Below, one piece after another: positions 34,670 through 46,052 of a stretch of 64,000 nt of DNA; position 1 is the stretch's first letter; every line of letters begins with the position of its first letter. The stretch comes from Blastocladiella emersonii ATCC 22665. Its lineage: Eukaryota; Fungi; Blastocladiomycota. The stretch is taken from positions 1,364,001 to 1,428,000 of the forward strand of contig JANHCV010000005.1 in the NCBI GenBank assembly GCA_025594325.1, given 5' to 3'. A program made the position numbers and the translations under genes. The notes under the pieces were generated by a model, which was given only the letters and a program-made list of their open reading frames with translations, did not search any database and was not told the origin of the DNA.

Positions 34670-36068
34670 GTGTCTCGCGTGTTCGCCGCAATGCACTTGC
34701 GCATCGACGCGCTATACCCGATCCGCGGCCATCGTCCGTTTGGCGGCCTGCACGTCCTTGCGTTTGGCGACTTTTTCCAGTTCGAGCCCGTCATGGCCCG
34801 CTCGCTCACGGTTCCATCTGAGCAGCCGGTCGAACGCGCACCCGAACCCGAGGTGGATGCAGCTCATGATGGCGACTAGATGCAGGTCGACGGCGAGCCT
34901 CAGCAGCAGCAGCAGCAGCAGCAGAAGAAGCGCGCGTCCAATAGCAAGGAGCGGCCAGCGGTCAGCAGAACTCGAACTGACGCCAACATTGGTCGCGATC
35001 AGTGGCTCGCCTTCGACTCGGTCTGCTTCCTCGTGCAGCAGATGCGGCAGTCGGGCGACGCGAGCTTCCTCAACGTGCTCCAGGACCTGCGCAACTGCAT
35101 CGTCTCGCAGCGCGTGATCGAGTACCTCGGCTCGCGGCGAGCAGACGTCGTACTGGGCCAGCACCCAGGCCAGCTCGACGACTGGAGCGACCAGGTCCTC
35201 ATCACGGCGCAGAACTCGGTGCGCGACGCGTGGAACTCGATGGCCGCCGCGAAACACGCGCGTCGCCTCGGTCTCCAACCCGACGAAATCTTTGACCTCG
35301 AGTGCGTCTATCTCGTCCGCAAGCCCTCCACAACCGGACCACTCCTTTGGCGGCAGCTCGCCATTGAGAGCAGCGGTCAGAGCGAGAGCGACCAGCGCAT
35401 GCTCAACTTCGCAAAACTGCTTCCCTCGAGCAAGACGGGCCACATCCCGTCTACCCTCAAGCTGTTTGCTGGCGCGCGTGTCATCGTGACGCGGAACATC
35501 CAACACGCCGTACGTCTCCGCGTCATATTCGCCGGCCATTAGGCGCGTGGACTCACCAGCGCTTCCTCGCTTCGCATCGTGTAGTCGCGGCATCGTCAAC
35601 GGCGTCATTGGCCGTGTTGAAGGCTTTGCCACCGACGCGAACAACGACATTGATGCAGTCATCATCCGGCCCAACAAGGATCTGGGTCGCATGCCCAACC
35701 TACCCGGGATCCCCGACGGCTGCTTCCCGCTGCGCCGCGAGATCGCCTCGTTCCGCCTCAAGAACAAGGTGGCCGGCACATCCAAGACGATCCATCGAGC
35801 CCAGTTCCCGCTCGAGCTCGCGTACGCGCTGACGGCGCACAAGGCCCAAGGGATGACCCTCGAAAAGGTCATCGTTGATCTCGCCGACATGACGCGTGGA
35901 TCGTTACCGTCGCGCTTCCTGTACATGATCCTATCGCGTGTACGGCGCGGTGGCGACATCCTGATCCTACGTGATCCAGGTATCCAAGGCCTGAATGAAA
36001 CACAGGATCAACATTTACTTGCCGAGTACGCTCGACTGCAAAGTCTGGCGGAGGCAACCACTACCTAG
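34670..36068 (+). pseudogene. 5'-truncated PIF1-family (SF1B) helicase, Helitron-like
   Basis: Motifs PFGGLHV..FGDFFQ.EPV, QQMRQSGD..F..L..LR, GARVIVTRN, NGVIG, QFPLELAYALTAHKAQGMTL and YMILSRVR. Walker A/B are missing, there is an in-frame TAG at 34877-34879, and the intron at 35510-35584 appears 1 nt out of phase. Confidence 0.85.
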
Positions 36069-36189
36069 TCCTTAGCCCATTAATACATAGCGATTTTGAC
36101 ACGTCATTCACTACTCGCCTTTCAACGCGGACGGAACTTGACGTCCAGCATATTTTCAAGCCAGCCTAGTCGCCTACTGCTGAGACAGA

Positions 36190-36212
36190 GTGTGCAAAGC
36201 ACACACCCCTAG
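36190..36212 (+). mobile_element. Helitron-type 3' terminus (hairpin + CTAG followed by T)
   Basis: GTGTGC-AAA-GCACAC stem-loop at 36190-36204, CTAG at 36209-36212 and T at 36213, about 140 bp after the PIF1 stop. Confidence 0.6.
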
Positions 36213-36420
36213 TCGATGTTTCCTGCTATTAAGCTTCCTTGAGCACCAAAAATATATCAGGTTTTCAAGCGAGAGATGAGCATTGTTAGCGACTTTCGCA
36301 AAGCACCGATTGAAAATCCCGCGTGCAACGCTGGCATCGAATAGCGTTGTGTCAGATCCCGACTCGCCCTTGGCAGCAAGTTCCGAAAGCGAAACATCCG
36401 TATCTTTGGTGTTGCAGCAG
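36213..36420 (-). pseudogene. Decayed partial duplicate of the 36882-37583 gene
   Basis: VSLSELAAKGESGSDTTLFDASVA vs VSPSDIAAKGESGSDTTLVNAGVA; 20-nt exact match GATCCCGACTCGCCCTTGGC. Confidence 0.7.
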
Positions 36421-36881
36421 AGGGTCAAGCCTGACTACACATCGTTTGGCCTTGTTAAGGAAGCCCATTTGCTTCCGCCCCCAGCAGCAGTCTGTCGCCT
36501 CAGCAGCTTCTCAAGCCCGGTGCTCCCACTGCCGCCGCAGCCGCGAAGCAGCCGCAGCAGCAGCAGGCCCAGCCCTCACGCAATACGGCGGCGGCCGTGA
36601 TCACTGTCGACGTGAGACCCGCGAACGGAGACGCGTTGCGCCACAGCGTGACCATGGCGGACGCTGATTGGCTGCCGCGGTTCCAGTCGGTCAGTTCGCG
36701 TTTCGCGTGGGGTCCTCGACCAAGTCGGTTATGTCCCCTCGCAAACGAGGCCCCGAACCTCGTCAAGTTCAGCGTGTTGAACGAGACGTAATCGCATTGT
36801 TCACAAGACATCGAAGGTGGAGGATTCAAGAAGTTTATCCTGTTTTTAGAGTTTTCTGTTTTCATGGGTATCACAAAAATT

Positions 36882-37583
36882 TCACATCTTCGAAGCGTTG
36901 CAGCACGTCATGCGCGACGTGAGCGACTTCCACGAAGCGGTGATGCGCGACGAGATCTTGGACGGCTCGCTCGCAACGCCAGCGTTGACGAGCGTCGTAT
37001 CGGATCCCGACTCGCCCTTGGCCGCAATGTCCGACGGGGACACGGCCGCATCCTCGGCGCCGCGGCGGTGGCCGAGACCGGCCACCCACCGCTTGGTCTT
37101 GGCGGCGAAACCCGCCTGTTTGCGCTCCTTTTTCTCCTTGCGCGCCTGCTGTTCCTCGAACTGGAGGCCCATCATGAGCTGCATCATCTCGGCGCGGTAC
37201 TTCTGCGTGTCCGACAGGTACAGCGCGATCTGGTTGCTCCGCTCCTTGTCCTTATCGGTGAGCGTCGGCTCGTGCCACATGTTGCCGATGCGGCGCTTGA
37301 GCGACTTGGCGCCCGTCGAGCAGCGACGCGCGACCTTGGCCGGGGCGGCGGCGACCTTGTGAGCAAGGCCGTCGCGCGGGGCCGAGTGGTGCTTGTGGCG
37401 GCTGTAGCGGGTCGCGGGGAAGACGGCGAGGGGCTGACCGTCGAGCGTGTACGTGTAGCCGGCGCGGCCGCTCGTCATCGGCGGCGAGTAGGCGGCGGTG
37501 GCGCAGTACGTGGTGGCCTCGACAGTGGGGGTCGAGGCGAGGATGAATTCCTGGGTGGTGTTGAAGATGGTCGAGGTGGCCAT
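36882..37583 (-). CDS. Hypothetical protein (233 aa) with a predicted coiled-coil segment
   Basis: Open frame with core-type G/C-ending codons and an ACCATGG start context; a paralogous fragment lies nearby. Confidence 0.65.
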   Translation of the reverse strand: MATSTIFNTTQEFILASTPTVEATTYCATAAYSPPMTSGRAGYTYTLDGQPLAVFPATRYSRHKHHSAPRDGLAHKVAAAPAKVARRCSTGAKSLKRRIGNMWHEPTLTDKDKERSNQIALYLSDTQKYRAEMMQLMMGLQFEEQQARKEKKERKQAGFAAKTKRWVAGLGHRRGAEDAAVSPSDIAAKGESGSDTTLVNAGVASEPSKISSRITASWKSLTSRMTCCNASKM

Positions 37584-37812
37584 GGTGTCGATGTCTTGAC
37601 TACGTTGCAAAAATGACAAGTCAGAAACGCTTTTCATGGCATTGAAGTAGTAGTTGCATACGTGTTGAGGTCTTGCTTATCGGTGAGGTAGCGGAGAGAG
37701 GGTGGCGGGGCGGCCCACGGCTTTTGTAGGCTCCAGAGTGCATACCAAAAGGCCTGCAGAGCGAGACCTCATGCATACACCCAACTCACCTGAGCTCATG
37801 ATCGACGCCACG

Positions 37813-37832
37813 ACGCGTAATTTTATCACGTG
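37813..37832 (+). promoter_or_regulatory. ACGCGT-N8-CACGTG element in the divergent region upstream of Argonaute
   Basis: Exact motif ACGCGT-AATTTTAT-CACGTG. Confidence 0.6.
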
Positions 37833-38272
37833 AGGTGCGAGACACTCCGTGAGACGCGTTTCAAGTCTTTGGATGAACGCCGCCGCACTCCCTCTCTCCC
37901 TGCATTCACCACTCATGACTTGATGCAAACTGACTTTGACATGTCAAGATCCCCTCGTGCAACTTCCCGAGTTGGTCCGCCGGCGTTCCTCAAACCGCGT
38001 TGACGACGCGCGATCCCCGATCCACGACCTCCAACAGCGAGCCGAATGGAAAGTCTCGCGGGACACGTTGCCGCGTCGGAAATCATGGGAACGCGCTGCG
38101 GATGCTGGGGGACAGGCCTTGTCCACGTCCTGTCCATCTTGCCTATCCAGGTCGGAGCAGTTTGCGAAAGGTCGCGTCGGGCGCGGCGACTATAGAAGAA
38201 GCCCCCGCCCCCGCCCCCGCGCGCGCTTCGGACACGAGTCTCCATAACGTTCACCTCGCGCACACCATCACC

Positions 38273-41184
38273 ATGTCCGCTACGCGCTTCACGCTCGGGC
38301 CCGCCCCCTTCACGACGCGCACGTTCGTGGGCCGTCCCGCCGTCGGCAAGGTCGGCACGCCCGTCCGCGTCGTCGCCAACCACTACGCGCTCTCGCTGCT
38401 CAACAACATCACCGTGCACCACTACGACGTGGTCATCTCGCCCGAGCCGACCAAGTCGCTCGCGCGCAAGGTGTGGGCCGAGTGGGAGCGCGCGCACGGC
38501 GCCAAGCTCGGCGTCATGGCCGCCTACGACGGCGTCAAGAACCTGTTCGCGCCCAAGCCGCTGCCCCAGGACCACATGCAGTTCGACGTTGTGCTGCCCG
38601 CCACGACCGAGGGCAAGCGCGCCAAGGAGTTCAAGATGACCGTCAAGCTCGCCTCGACCATCAACCGTACGCTCTCTCGCTCCCTGCGCTCGTCCTCGCC
38701 GATCCGCTACTGACTCTCTTTGCGCGTGTAGTGAGCGAGCTGACCTCGTTCCTCGACAAGCGCACCTCGCTGTCCAACAACGTCCTGACCTCGATCATGG
38801 CGCTCGACGTCGTGTTCCGCCAGTCGCCCCTCAAGCGCATGCTGGTACGCTATCTTCGCGTTTCTCCGTGTCAGAAACCGACTCTGACACCGCCCATTCT
38901 CTAGCCTGCCGGCCGCTCGTTCTTCGACCCGACGTCGCGCCCGGTCGACCTCGGCGGCGGCCTCAACCTGCTGTCGGGCCTGTTCATGTCGGTGCGCCCG
39001 GGCGTCGGCACCATGACGCTCAACACCGACACGGCGTACACGGCCTTCTACAAGCCGCTGCCCATGGTCGAGTTTGCGCGCGAGGTGCTCGGCCGCGCCA
39101 TGCCGCCCGCCACCCAGGAGCTCATGCCGCGCGACCTGATCCGCCTCGAGAAGATGGTCCGCCTGCTCGTCGTCGCGGTCAAGCACCGCGGCGCCCTCAA
39201 CCCGCGGTTCCGCGTGCTCAAGCTCACGCGCACGTCGGCCGCCAAGACCAAGTTCACGCTGTCGCCGCCGGGTCCGCCCGCCGAGGGTGCCGCGGCGGCG
39301 CCTCCCGCTGGTGCTACGAGCTCGCCGGCCAAGGGCGGCAAGAAGGGCGCCGCCGGCAAGGGTGCCGCGGGTGCTGCTCCCGCTGGTACCGGTGGCGTCA
39401 GCGGGGCTACGGCGGCGCTCGCGCGCCTAACGGTCGGCGGCAAGCCGCGCGAGGTCACGGTCGCCGAGTACTTCGCCGCGGCCTACAACCTCAAGCTGCA
39501 GTACCCGAACCTGCCGTGCCTCGTCGTTGGCACGCCGCAGCGGCAGACGTACCTGCCCATGGAGGTGGCCGTCATCGACGCCGGCCAAAAGTACCGCGGC
39601 AAGCTGTCCGAGGACCAGACGTCCAACGTCATCAAGATCGCGGCCAAGAAGCCGCTCGAGCGCATGGCGCAGCTTAAGCAGCTCATCTCGACCACGGCCA
39701 ACCTCGCGTCGGACCCGTACCTGCAGGCGTTCGGCGTCAAGGTCGCGCCCGAGCTCATGTCGGTGCAAGGCCGGTTCCTGTCGACGCCCAAGCTGCAGAT
39801 CGGCGGCAACAAGATGACGGTGCCGCGCGACGGGTCGTGGAATTTCGCCAACGCGCGCGTCGCAGCGGGCGCGCGTATCTCGTCCATCGGCGTGCTTAGC
39901 TTCGCCGACCCGCGGTACCTGCCCGAGGAGCGCGTCGAGGAGAAGATGGACGCGCTGTTCAACATGTGCGAGAAAATGGGCCTCGTCTTCAACCCGAACA
40001 AGAAGACGAAGACGACATACCCGATCCGATCGGCGCGCACGGGCCGCGGCGGGTTTGGGCCCGAGGCCATCAAGACGGCGCTGTTCGAGATTTACAACGA
40101 GACCGAGGCCACGTTCGGGCAGCGGCCCGACATCATCGTCGTGATTCTGCCGCGCAAGGAGACGGCGCTGTACGCAGAGATCAAGCGCGTCGGCGACATT
40201 GAGCTCGGTGTCCCGACGCAGTGCCTCGTCCAGGCCAAGATCGAGCGCGCCAACGAGCAGTATTGGGCCAACGTCGTCCTCAAGGTCAACGTCAAGGTGC
40301 TCGGTGCCGGCGCCGCGGTCCCGGCCACGACCAACTTTTCGCTCGCCCAGTCCAAGTACATTGGCGCAGGCGAGTCGGTCATGCTCGTCGGCGCCGACGT
40401 GTCGCACCCGTCGCCCGGCGCCGGCCACGCGTCGATCGCGTCCATGGTCGCCACCATGGACCCCAAGTGCGCGGGCCGATACTCGGCCGAGGTGCGCGCG
40501 CAGCCGTCGCGCCAGGAGGAGATTGCGGACGTGCGTGGCATGTTCGCGGCGCTGCTGCGCCGGTACTACCTCGCCAACAAGAACACGTTCCCCAAGAAGA
40601 TTATCGTGTACCGCGACGGCGTGTCCGAGGGCCAGTTCGACATTGTGCTCAAGGGCGAGCTCGAGGGCATCCGGTCCGTGCTCAAGAAGGCGGGCGCGTA
40701 CGAGCAGACGCGCATCACGTTTATCACGGTCCAGAAACGCCACCACACGCGCTTCTTCGCGACCAACCCGGGCGACAACGACCGCTCGGGCAACCTCAAG
40801 GCCGGCCTCGTCGTCGACACGGGCGTCACGCACCCGACCGACTTCGACTTTTTCCTGCAGTCGCAGGCCGGCCTGCAGGGGACCAGCCGCCCGACGCGAT
40901 ACGCGGTGCTGCACGACGAGAACAACTGGACCGCCGACGACCTGCAGCTCTTCACCTACCACCTCTGCTACACATACGCGCGGTGCACGCGCAGTGTGAG
41001 CGTCGCGCCGCCCGCCTACTACGCCCACCTCGTCGCCTTCCGGTCGCGCCACCACCTGCTCTCGTCCGAGTCCATGTCCGACACGGCGTCCGTGTCCACG
41101 GCGCGCTCGGGCGACAAGGACGCGCCCGTCCCCGAGCTCGCCAAGGTGCACGCGAACCTTGCCGCGTCCATGTACTACATGTGA
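38273..41184 (+). CDS. AGO: Eukaryotic Argonaute (N, L1, PAZ, L2, MID, PIWI), 928 aa; exons 38273-38666, 38732-38844, 38905-41184
   Basis: Motifs VANHY, YDG.KNLF, YLPMEV..I..GQ, YAEIKR..D..LGVPTQC, LKVNVK, GADVSHP, QEEI, YRDGVSEGQF, VQKRHHTR, QGTSRP, CYTYARCTRSVS..PPAYYAHL. Catalytic D-E-D-H residues present. Confidence 0.97.
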
Positions 41185-41447
41185 TTGTCCGCTTGCCCTT
41201 TTGCTCGCTGGTGTTGGTGATTGGAATGAAATCTTTCGTGACGTTGAATCGGGTTACCTCCTCCAGTTTGATCTCGCCCGTTAGTTCAGCGCGACTTCCT
41301 TAGACGAGCTTTCGAATGAAATGCGGCAGAAAGTCTTCTACAAGGTTCGTGGTGGCGTTGACGGCTCACTCACATGGCCGTTCCCTGTGCGGTGATCAAC
41401 CGCTTCAAACGAGGGTCGGGACACGCGGCGGCTATGCGCATACGACC

Positions 41448-41467
41448 CACGTGATATCGAAACGCGT
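41448..41467 (-). promoter_or_regulatory. Orphan ACGCGT-N8-CACGTG element facing the Argonaute 3' end
   Basis: CACGTG at 41448-41453, 8-nt spacer, ACGCGT at 41462-41467. Flanks match the C3 upstream element (ATATC..AACGCGTCTCAAG). Confidence 0.55.
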
Positions 41468-41829
41468 CTCAAGCTTCTCGGAACGGGGAAGTAGAAGGTC
41501 GCAACGGGTGTTGGAACAGCTTGCTTCGAAATCGATTGAGGTACAGTGCAGGGTTGCAAGTCGAGGCAATCGGTGAGGGAAACATCCCGTCGTAGCGAGA
41601 CTCTTCGATTGCGCAGCGGAACGACGCGCCCGACAACATAGTCGAGATGCGTGACCCACTGAATCCTGACACTTCTCTCGTTAGAACCTTCGAACCAAGT
41701 GTTGGTTTGCGTAGTAAAAACGCTCTTTCTTATTCGACACCAGAGTACATGAGAAACTGACTGCTGGGCCCGCATCGAGAGCAACAATGGTGCGGCCCGA
41801 AAGCGACGTAAATCACAAGGACGAAGCCG

Positions 41830-44078
41830 TCACACGGAGGGCGCCGCGCCACCAGACAACAAAAGTTGGACGTTAACCAGGCTCGCTGCGTCAGGAGCGG
41901 CGGTCTTGAACATGCGGGCGAGCCACTTGGTCCTAGCCACCGTGCCAGAGTCCACGTAAAGCTTACTGAACAGAGCAGCGAGGACCTCGGGATCAGCTCG
42001 GCCATCAAGCACGCCGTCGGGAAAGAGGTGCAGAACGGAGAGCGGGACAGTGCCCGCGTATACCTCGGCCTGGAACGCATCAAACGCCGCCTGCGGGCCA
42101 GCGTCAAAGAGCGCACGTGCCGCGAGGCAAGCAGACGCGAACGAGATGCACGACTTCGCGGTGCACCGAGTGTCAAAGCAGCGGCACAGTTGTGTCCAGA
42201 CGTTGGTGAAGAGAAGGACGAGCGACGCACGGTGCTCGGGCTCGCAGCAGTTGAGTAGCTCTTTATGAATCGTGCGCCACAGCTGCTTTGCCGTGACAGA
42301 ACTGCTCCGAGGCATCGTGAGGGCGGGGTCGGAGACATAGTTGAAGCGATCGTGGACACACGGGACGCCGTCGGGATGGAACATCACCCGGATCGTCGCA
42401 AAGAGGTAAAAGTGCGCAGTTCCCGTCTCTTTCAAAACGCACAATAAGCGGTAGGTCGCATCGGGCTTCAGAAAGGCCGAGGCAAGAAGCTGCGCGATGG
42501 CCGCGGAAGTAGACCATATTTGGTGAGTGTCGTTGGGCTGCGAGACGAGAAATTCCAGGAGCTCGGCGGGAATCCCGTTGAGGAAAGAGAGTATGTTGGG
42601 AGCTGGGAGCTCTGGATTGAGATGAGTCCAGTGTTTGCGATCCGCTTCGACAAAGTCGGCAAGGCTCAGTCGGCAGTCAGTACCGCAGTGCGGGTTTGGC
42701 ACGAGAGCGAATTTGAAAAGCGCTTGGCAAACATCGTTGCGAGCTCGCTCCTGAGCGTATGCGCCCTGGCCAACGCAGAACGCTACCATTTGTTTGCAGC
42801 CAAGTCAACTCGTACATTCACGATGAAGCAGGATCTCGGAGTTGCGTACCATGCAGTATCATGTCATTCCATTTCTCGGAGGTATGCCGGCTGCAAAGTC
42901 GCTGGACGAAACCGTACTCTTTGCGGGCGATGGCAGCACCAAGAATTCCGCTCCAGCGCTTGGGAGCAATGAGCCCATGGCTGTCAAGAAGCTCGAGGTC
43001 TCCAACAGAAAGGCCGCGGTCCATCCAGCCGATAAAGCGTGAACCGAGTTGACCTTCATCATCCAGAGGGTCACTTGAGTCGAACCAGCGCAGGAGGCCA
43101 AAGTCTCCGAGCTGGAAGAAATAGGTCAAAGCGGTGACCACTTGGTCGGGGAACTGAACAAGCAGCGGCAAGAAGACCCGAGCAGTGCTCGAGAACCCAG
43201 CTCGCTATGTCCTTGAAATATTCCGCGGTCCCGATTGTGCGCAAAAATTCGGCGGCCATGTAGCACGCGTAGTACGCTGGACTATCCTCGGAAAGCAGCG
43301 CAGCGAGGGCCGATGTGCCCACGGTGTACCGTGGAGTATCGACAATTAGCCGGAAAATTCGAGCCTCGCGCGTGAGGATGGAGATGTACGCCAACGCGTC
43401 GATGAAGCGCAAAGAAGTCGCGGGCATATCGAGCTTGTCGGGTCCAAAGTCGGCACCAAAGTAGTCCTTGAAGATCGTGAGCCACTCCATGAGCCCAAGC
43501 GACACGTCCAGGAGCCGCGGCAAGTTGGCAGCAACATCGTCAAGGAACTGGCGCATGGGATCCGTCCATCCAAACGAGGCAGCCGAAGCAATCAGTCGGA
43601 TCAGCGTCGAGAGCGGACACATCATGATGGAGGAGTGCGCTCCAGAGACCGCGGCCTCTAACTGCTTGCGTGTAGTCGCTGAGTCAATGTGGCTCGCCCG
43701 AATACGGCGGCGCAAGAGTTTGGCCACGTGAACGAGAAATTCCGTCGGCGCATGGGCGTGATAGTAAAGCCCCTCGCTCCGTCGGGTAAGAGCGCCGACC
43801 TCGACGGGATTGAAATCGACCATGCAGAGGCGCGTGACGGCGTCGCGGTGCTGGAGCTTAACTCGAAGCGCAACCTTGCTCAGCTGCTCGACAATGGAGA
43901 CGGCCCAAGCGCATTGAACTTGCTCGTCGATCGCCGGGACGCGGAGGCACGCGGAAGCGGTCGCAGTGGCCGAGCGCGGTTTGGCGAGCTGGAGCACAGC
44001 GGCAATCAGGTCCTCTGGGAGCAGGGCCAGGGTGGACATGCCCAAGGCAGGTTCATTCGTTTGCATCAAGTCTGACAT
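41830..44078 (-). pseudogene. F-box-like family copy C3 with one frameshift near 43170 (intron 42783-42849)
   Basis: LALLPEDLIAAVLQLA motif; colinear with C1; C-terminal LFPDGVLD. Confidence 0.75.
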
Positions 44079-44183
44079 GCTGGTTCATGAGCATGGGTCT
44101 CATCCAGAGGAGCGAGCGCAACGCGTCGAAGCCGAGGTCGCTGCGTGGCGCACGAACGCCGCCCGTTACGACACATGACCGCA

Positions 44184-44585
44184 TCACATGATATCCCAAC
44201 GCGTCTCAAGTCCCAACCCCTTGACGCGTCTCGGCTCGCAAACTCGCGGCGGAGAGCGCTGATAAGCTTTGTGTTCGGAAGGAATGGCTTGCCGGACGCT
44301 GGTAGGGTTTGTGTCGACCATTGCAAGTCGATTCACGGCATCATCGCCGAATTTAAACGCTTTGCCGAGAACGACGTGGGTACAAAGCTGGTCGACTACG
44401 GTGATTGTCCACGGGTAGTAGACGGTCCTATGAATGGCCAGGGTGCGAAGTGATGCTGAGGAGGCTGCGATGGCGGCACGCGGCTCGGCAAGCTGAAGCA
44501 CAACGCTCACGAGTTCCGCGGGAAGCTGACTCAGGGCACCGGTGCCCGAGTCCAGTTCATTCGATTGCATGGAGTTTCGATTCAT
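44184..44585 (-). pseudogene. F-box-like family copy C4, N-terminal fragment only
   Basis: MNRNSMQ..LSQLPAELVSVVLQLA; homology ends after about 100 codons, running into the C3 promoter. Confidence 0.7.
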
Positions 44586-44848
44586 GGCAAGGCGTAATCG
44601 CACGTCGAAGGGAGTGGAGAAGGGTGCCGAGCGTGATCAGCTCCCAGAGAAGCTCCCGTGGCTTGAGACTCGACGGCGTGGCTGCTAGATCAACGCCCCA
44701 CGTGAGATGGCCTGATTTCTCGACGCGTCTCAACGACCACGAACCGCCGCGTGTTTATGAAATTCAAAACAACACCGAGCAAAAACGGTTCACCTCACAA
44801 AGTGTCAAACCTTGTTGTGGAATGCTTGGGTTGGATGCGTGATGTCCT

Positions 44849-45157
44849 TCAGTTGAAGCGCTTGTCGGGCACCAGCTTCTTGGTCAGCGGGCGTTCGTAG
44901 ACGTAGCGTTCGTCATCTTTCCCGTCCTTGGTTTTCGGGGTACCAAACTTTGACTTGTCGCCGAACCGATCGGCATCATACGTGCGGCGGTCAATTGGGG
45001 TTGAAAGGACCTTGTAGGCGTAGTTGATTGCGGCCATTTTCTCCAACGAGCGCTTGTCCGTTTTGCCCTCGTAGTTCTCCTTCAGGGCACGGTAGGCGTC
45101 CTTGACCTGCTTGACGGGAGCTTCGCGAGAAATGCCGAGGAGCGAGTAGTGATCCAC
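44849..45157 (-). CDS. J-domain-like protein lacking HPD, copy 1 (GTG at the homologous start)
   Basis: DHYSLLGISREA..KQVKDAYRAL..YEGK...INYAYKVLS....RRTYD. TATAAAAA starts 96 nt upstream. No in-frame ATG precedes the domain. Confidence 0.65.
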   Translation of the reverse strand: MDHYSLLGISREAPVKQVKDAYRALKENYEGKTDKRSLEKMAAINYAYKVLSTPIDRRTYDADRFGDKSKFGTPKTKDGKDDERYVYERPLTKKLVPDKRFN

Positions 45158-46052
45158 TTTCGGGTCTTGGGATGTCGCTGACTTAGCAGTTGAGATTTGG
45201 CGAATGTGCTTGATGAGATTCAAGTCACGGTGCCAGGGAAGTTCGTTTTTATAGATGGCTCAAGTCCACGGCATTCGCCCGTGCTTGTGACATTGCCAGG
45301 ACAAACGCAAGACAGTTGGTCCATGATGCGCGGTAGTCGACACAAAAGTTCGTTGACAAAACGTGGTAGATTTTTGATCACACGACCTAGATCAACTTTG
45401 CCAAGGTTAGCGACCGCGGACGCCGCTGACACAATGAGTGCGTCAGTGAGCGCTGCCCAGTGTTCAGGTGAGAGACGACGTACTACGGATTCGCACAATC
45501 CGTCGTTGGCTAGCTTCTCGGAACGTCTGCGCTTCCTGTATCATATTCCATGCTCAAAGTTGCGATTCGTGCGTAGAAATCGTGGAGGACGTTGATGGGA
45601 CGCGTGGTTGCCTGCGCTGCATCAGTAGTCGCATCAGTAGTCGCATCAGCCTGACTCATCTCGCGCGAGAATCTGTGTCGCTTGCCGTTATGAATCGTGA
45701 GCCCCGCATTCTCCCTAAGATAAGAGCCAATAAAACCTTGTCTTACTCCGACTCAGTTGAGTAATCAGTGTTGTTGCAGCTCAAGCGAGCTCGCCAGTCG
45801 ACGATTCGGACGGTATGTAAACGCACGCATTGTTCAAATAATTGGAACGACTTTCACTCTCACAAGTTGTTGGACCAACGGTTTTCAAGCGTTTCAGCTT
45901 GGCCGAACGCGAAGGGGGAATGGTCGCACGCAATGAGAAGTCGGCACTTTTAAAACTATAAACGTATTATACATGTGCGCAGCAGGACCAGCAATGATTG
46001 ACAAGAATTCGTGGCGCCCGTTCGCCGTTGCTGATGCCACATGCTTGACGCC

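Noticed and set aside
38273-41184. Prokaryotic Argonaute defence operon
   Set aside because: Spliceosomal introns and eukaryotic AGO motifs; no APAZ, SIR2 or TIR partner.
45300-45500. Possible further F-box-family relic (ESVVRRLSPEHWAALT) on the minus strand
   Set aside because: Similarity is limited to a few residues and cannot be supported without an alignment.
45619-45650. 12-bp tandem repeat GCATCAGTAGTC x2.6
   Set aside because: Short local slippage duplication with no evident function.
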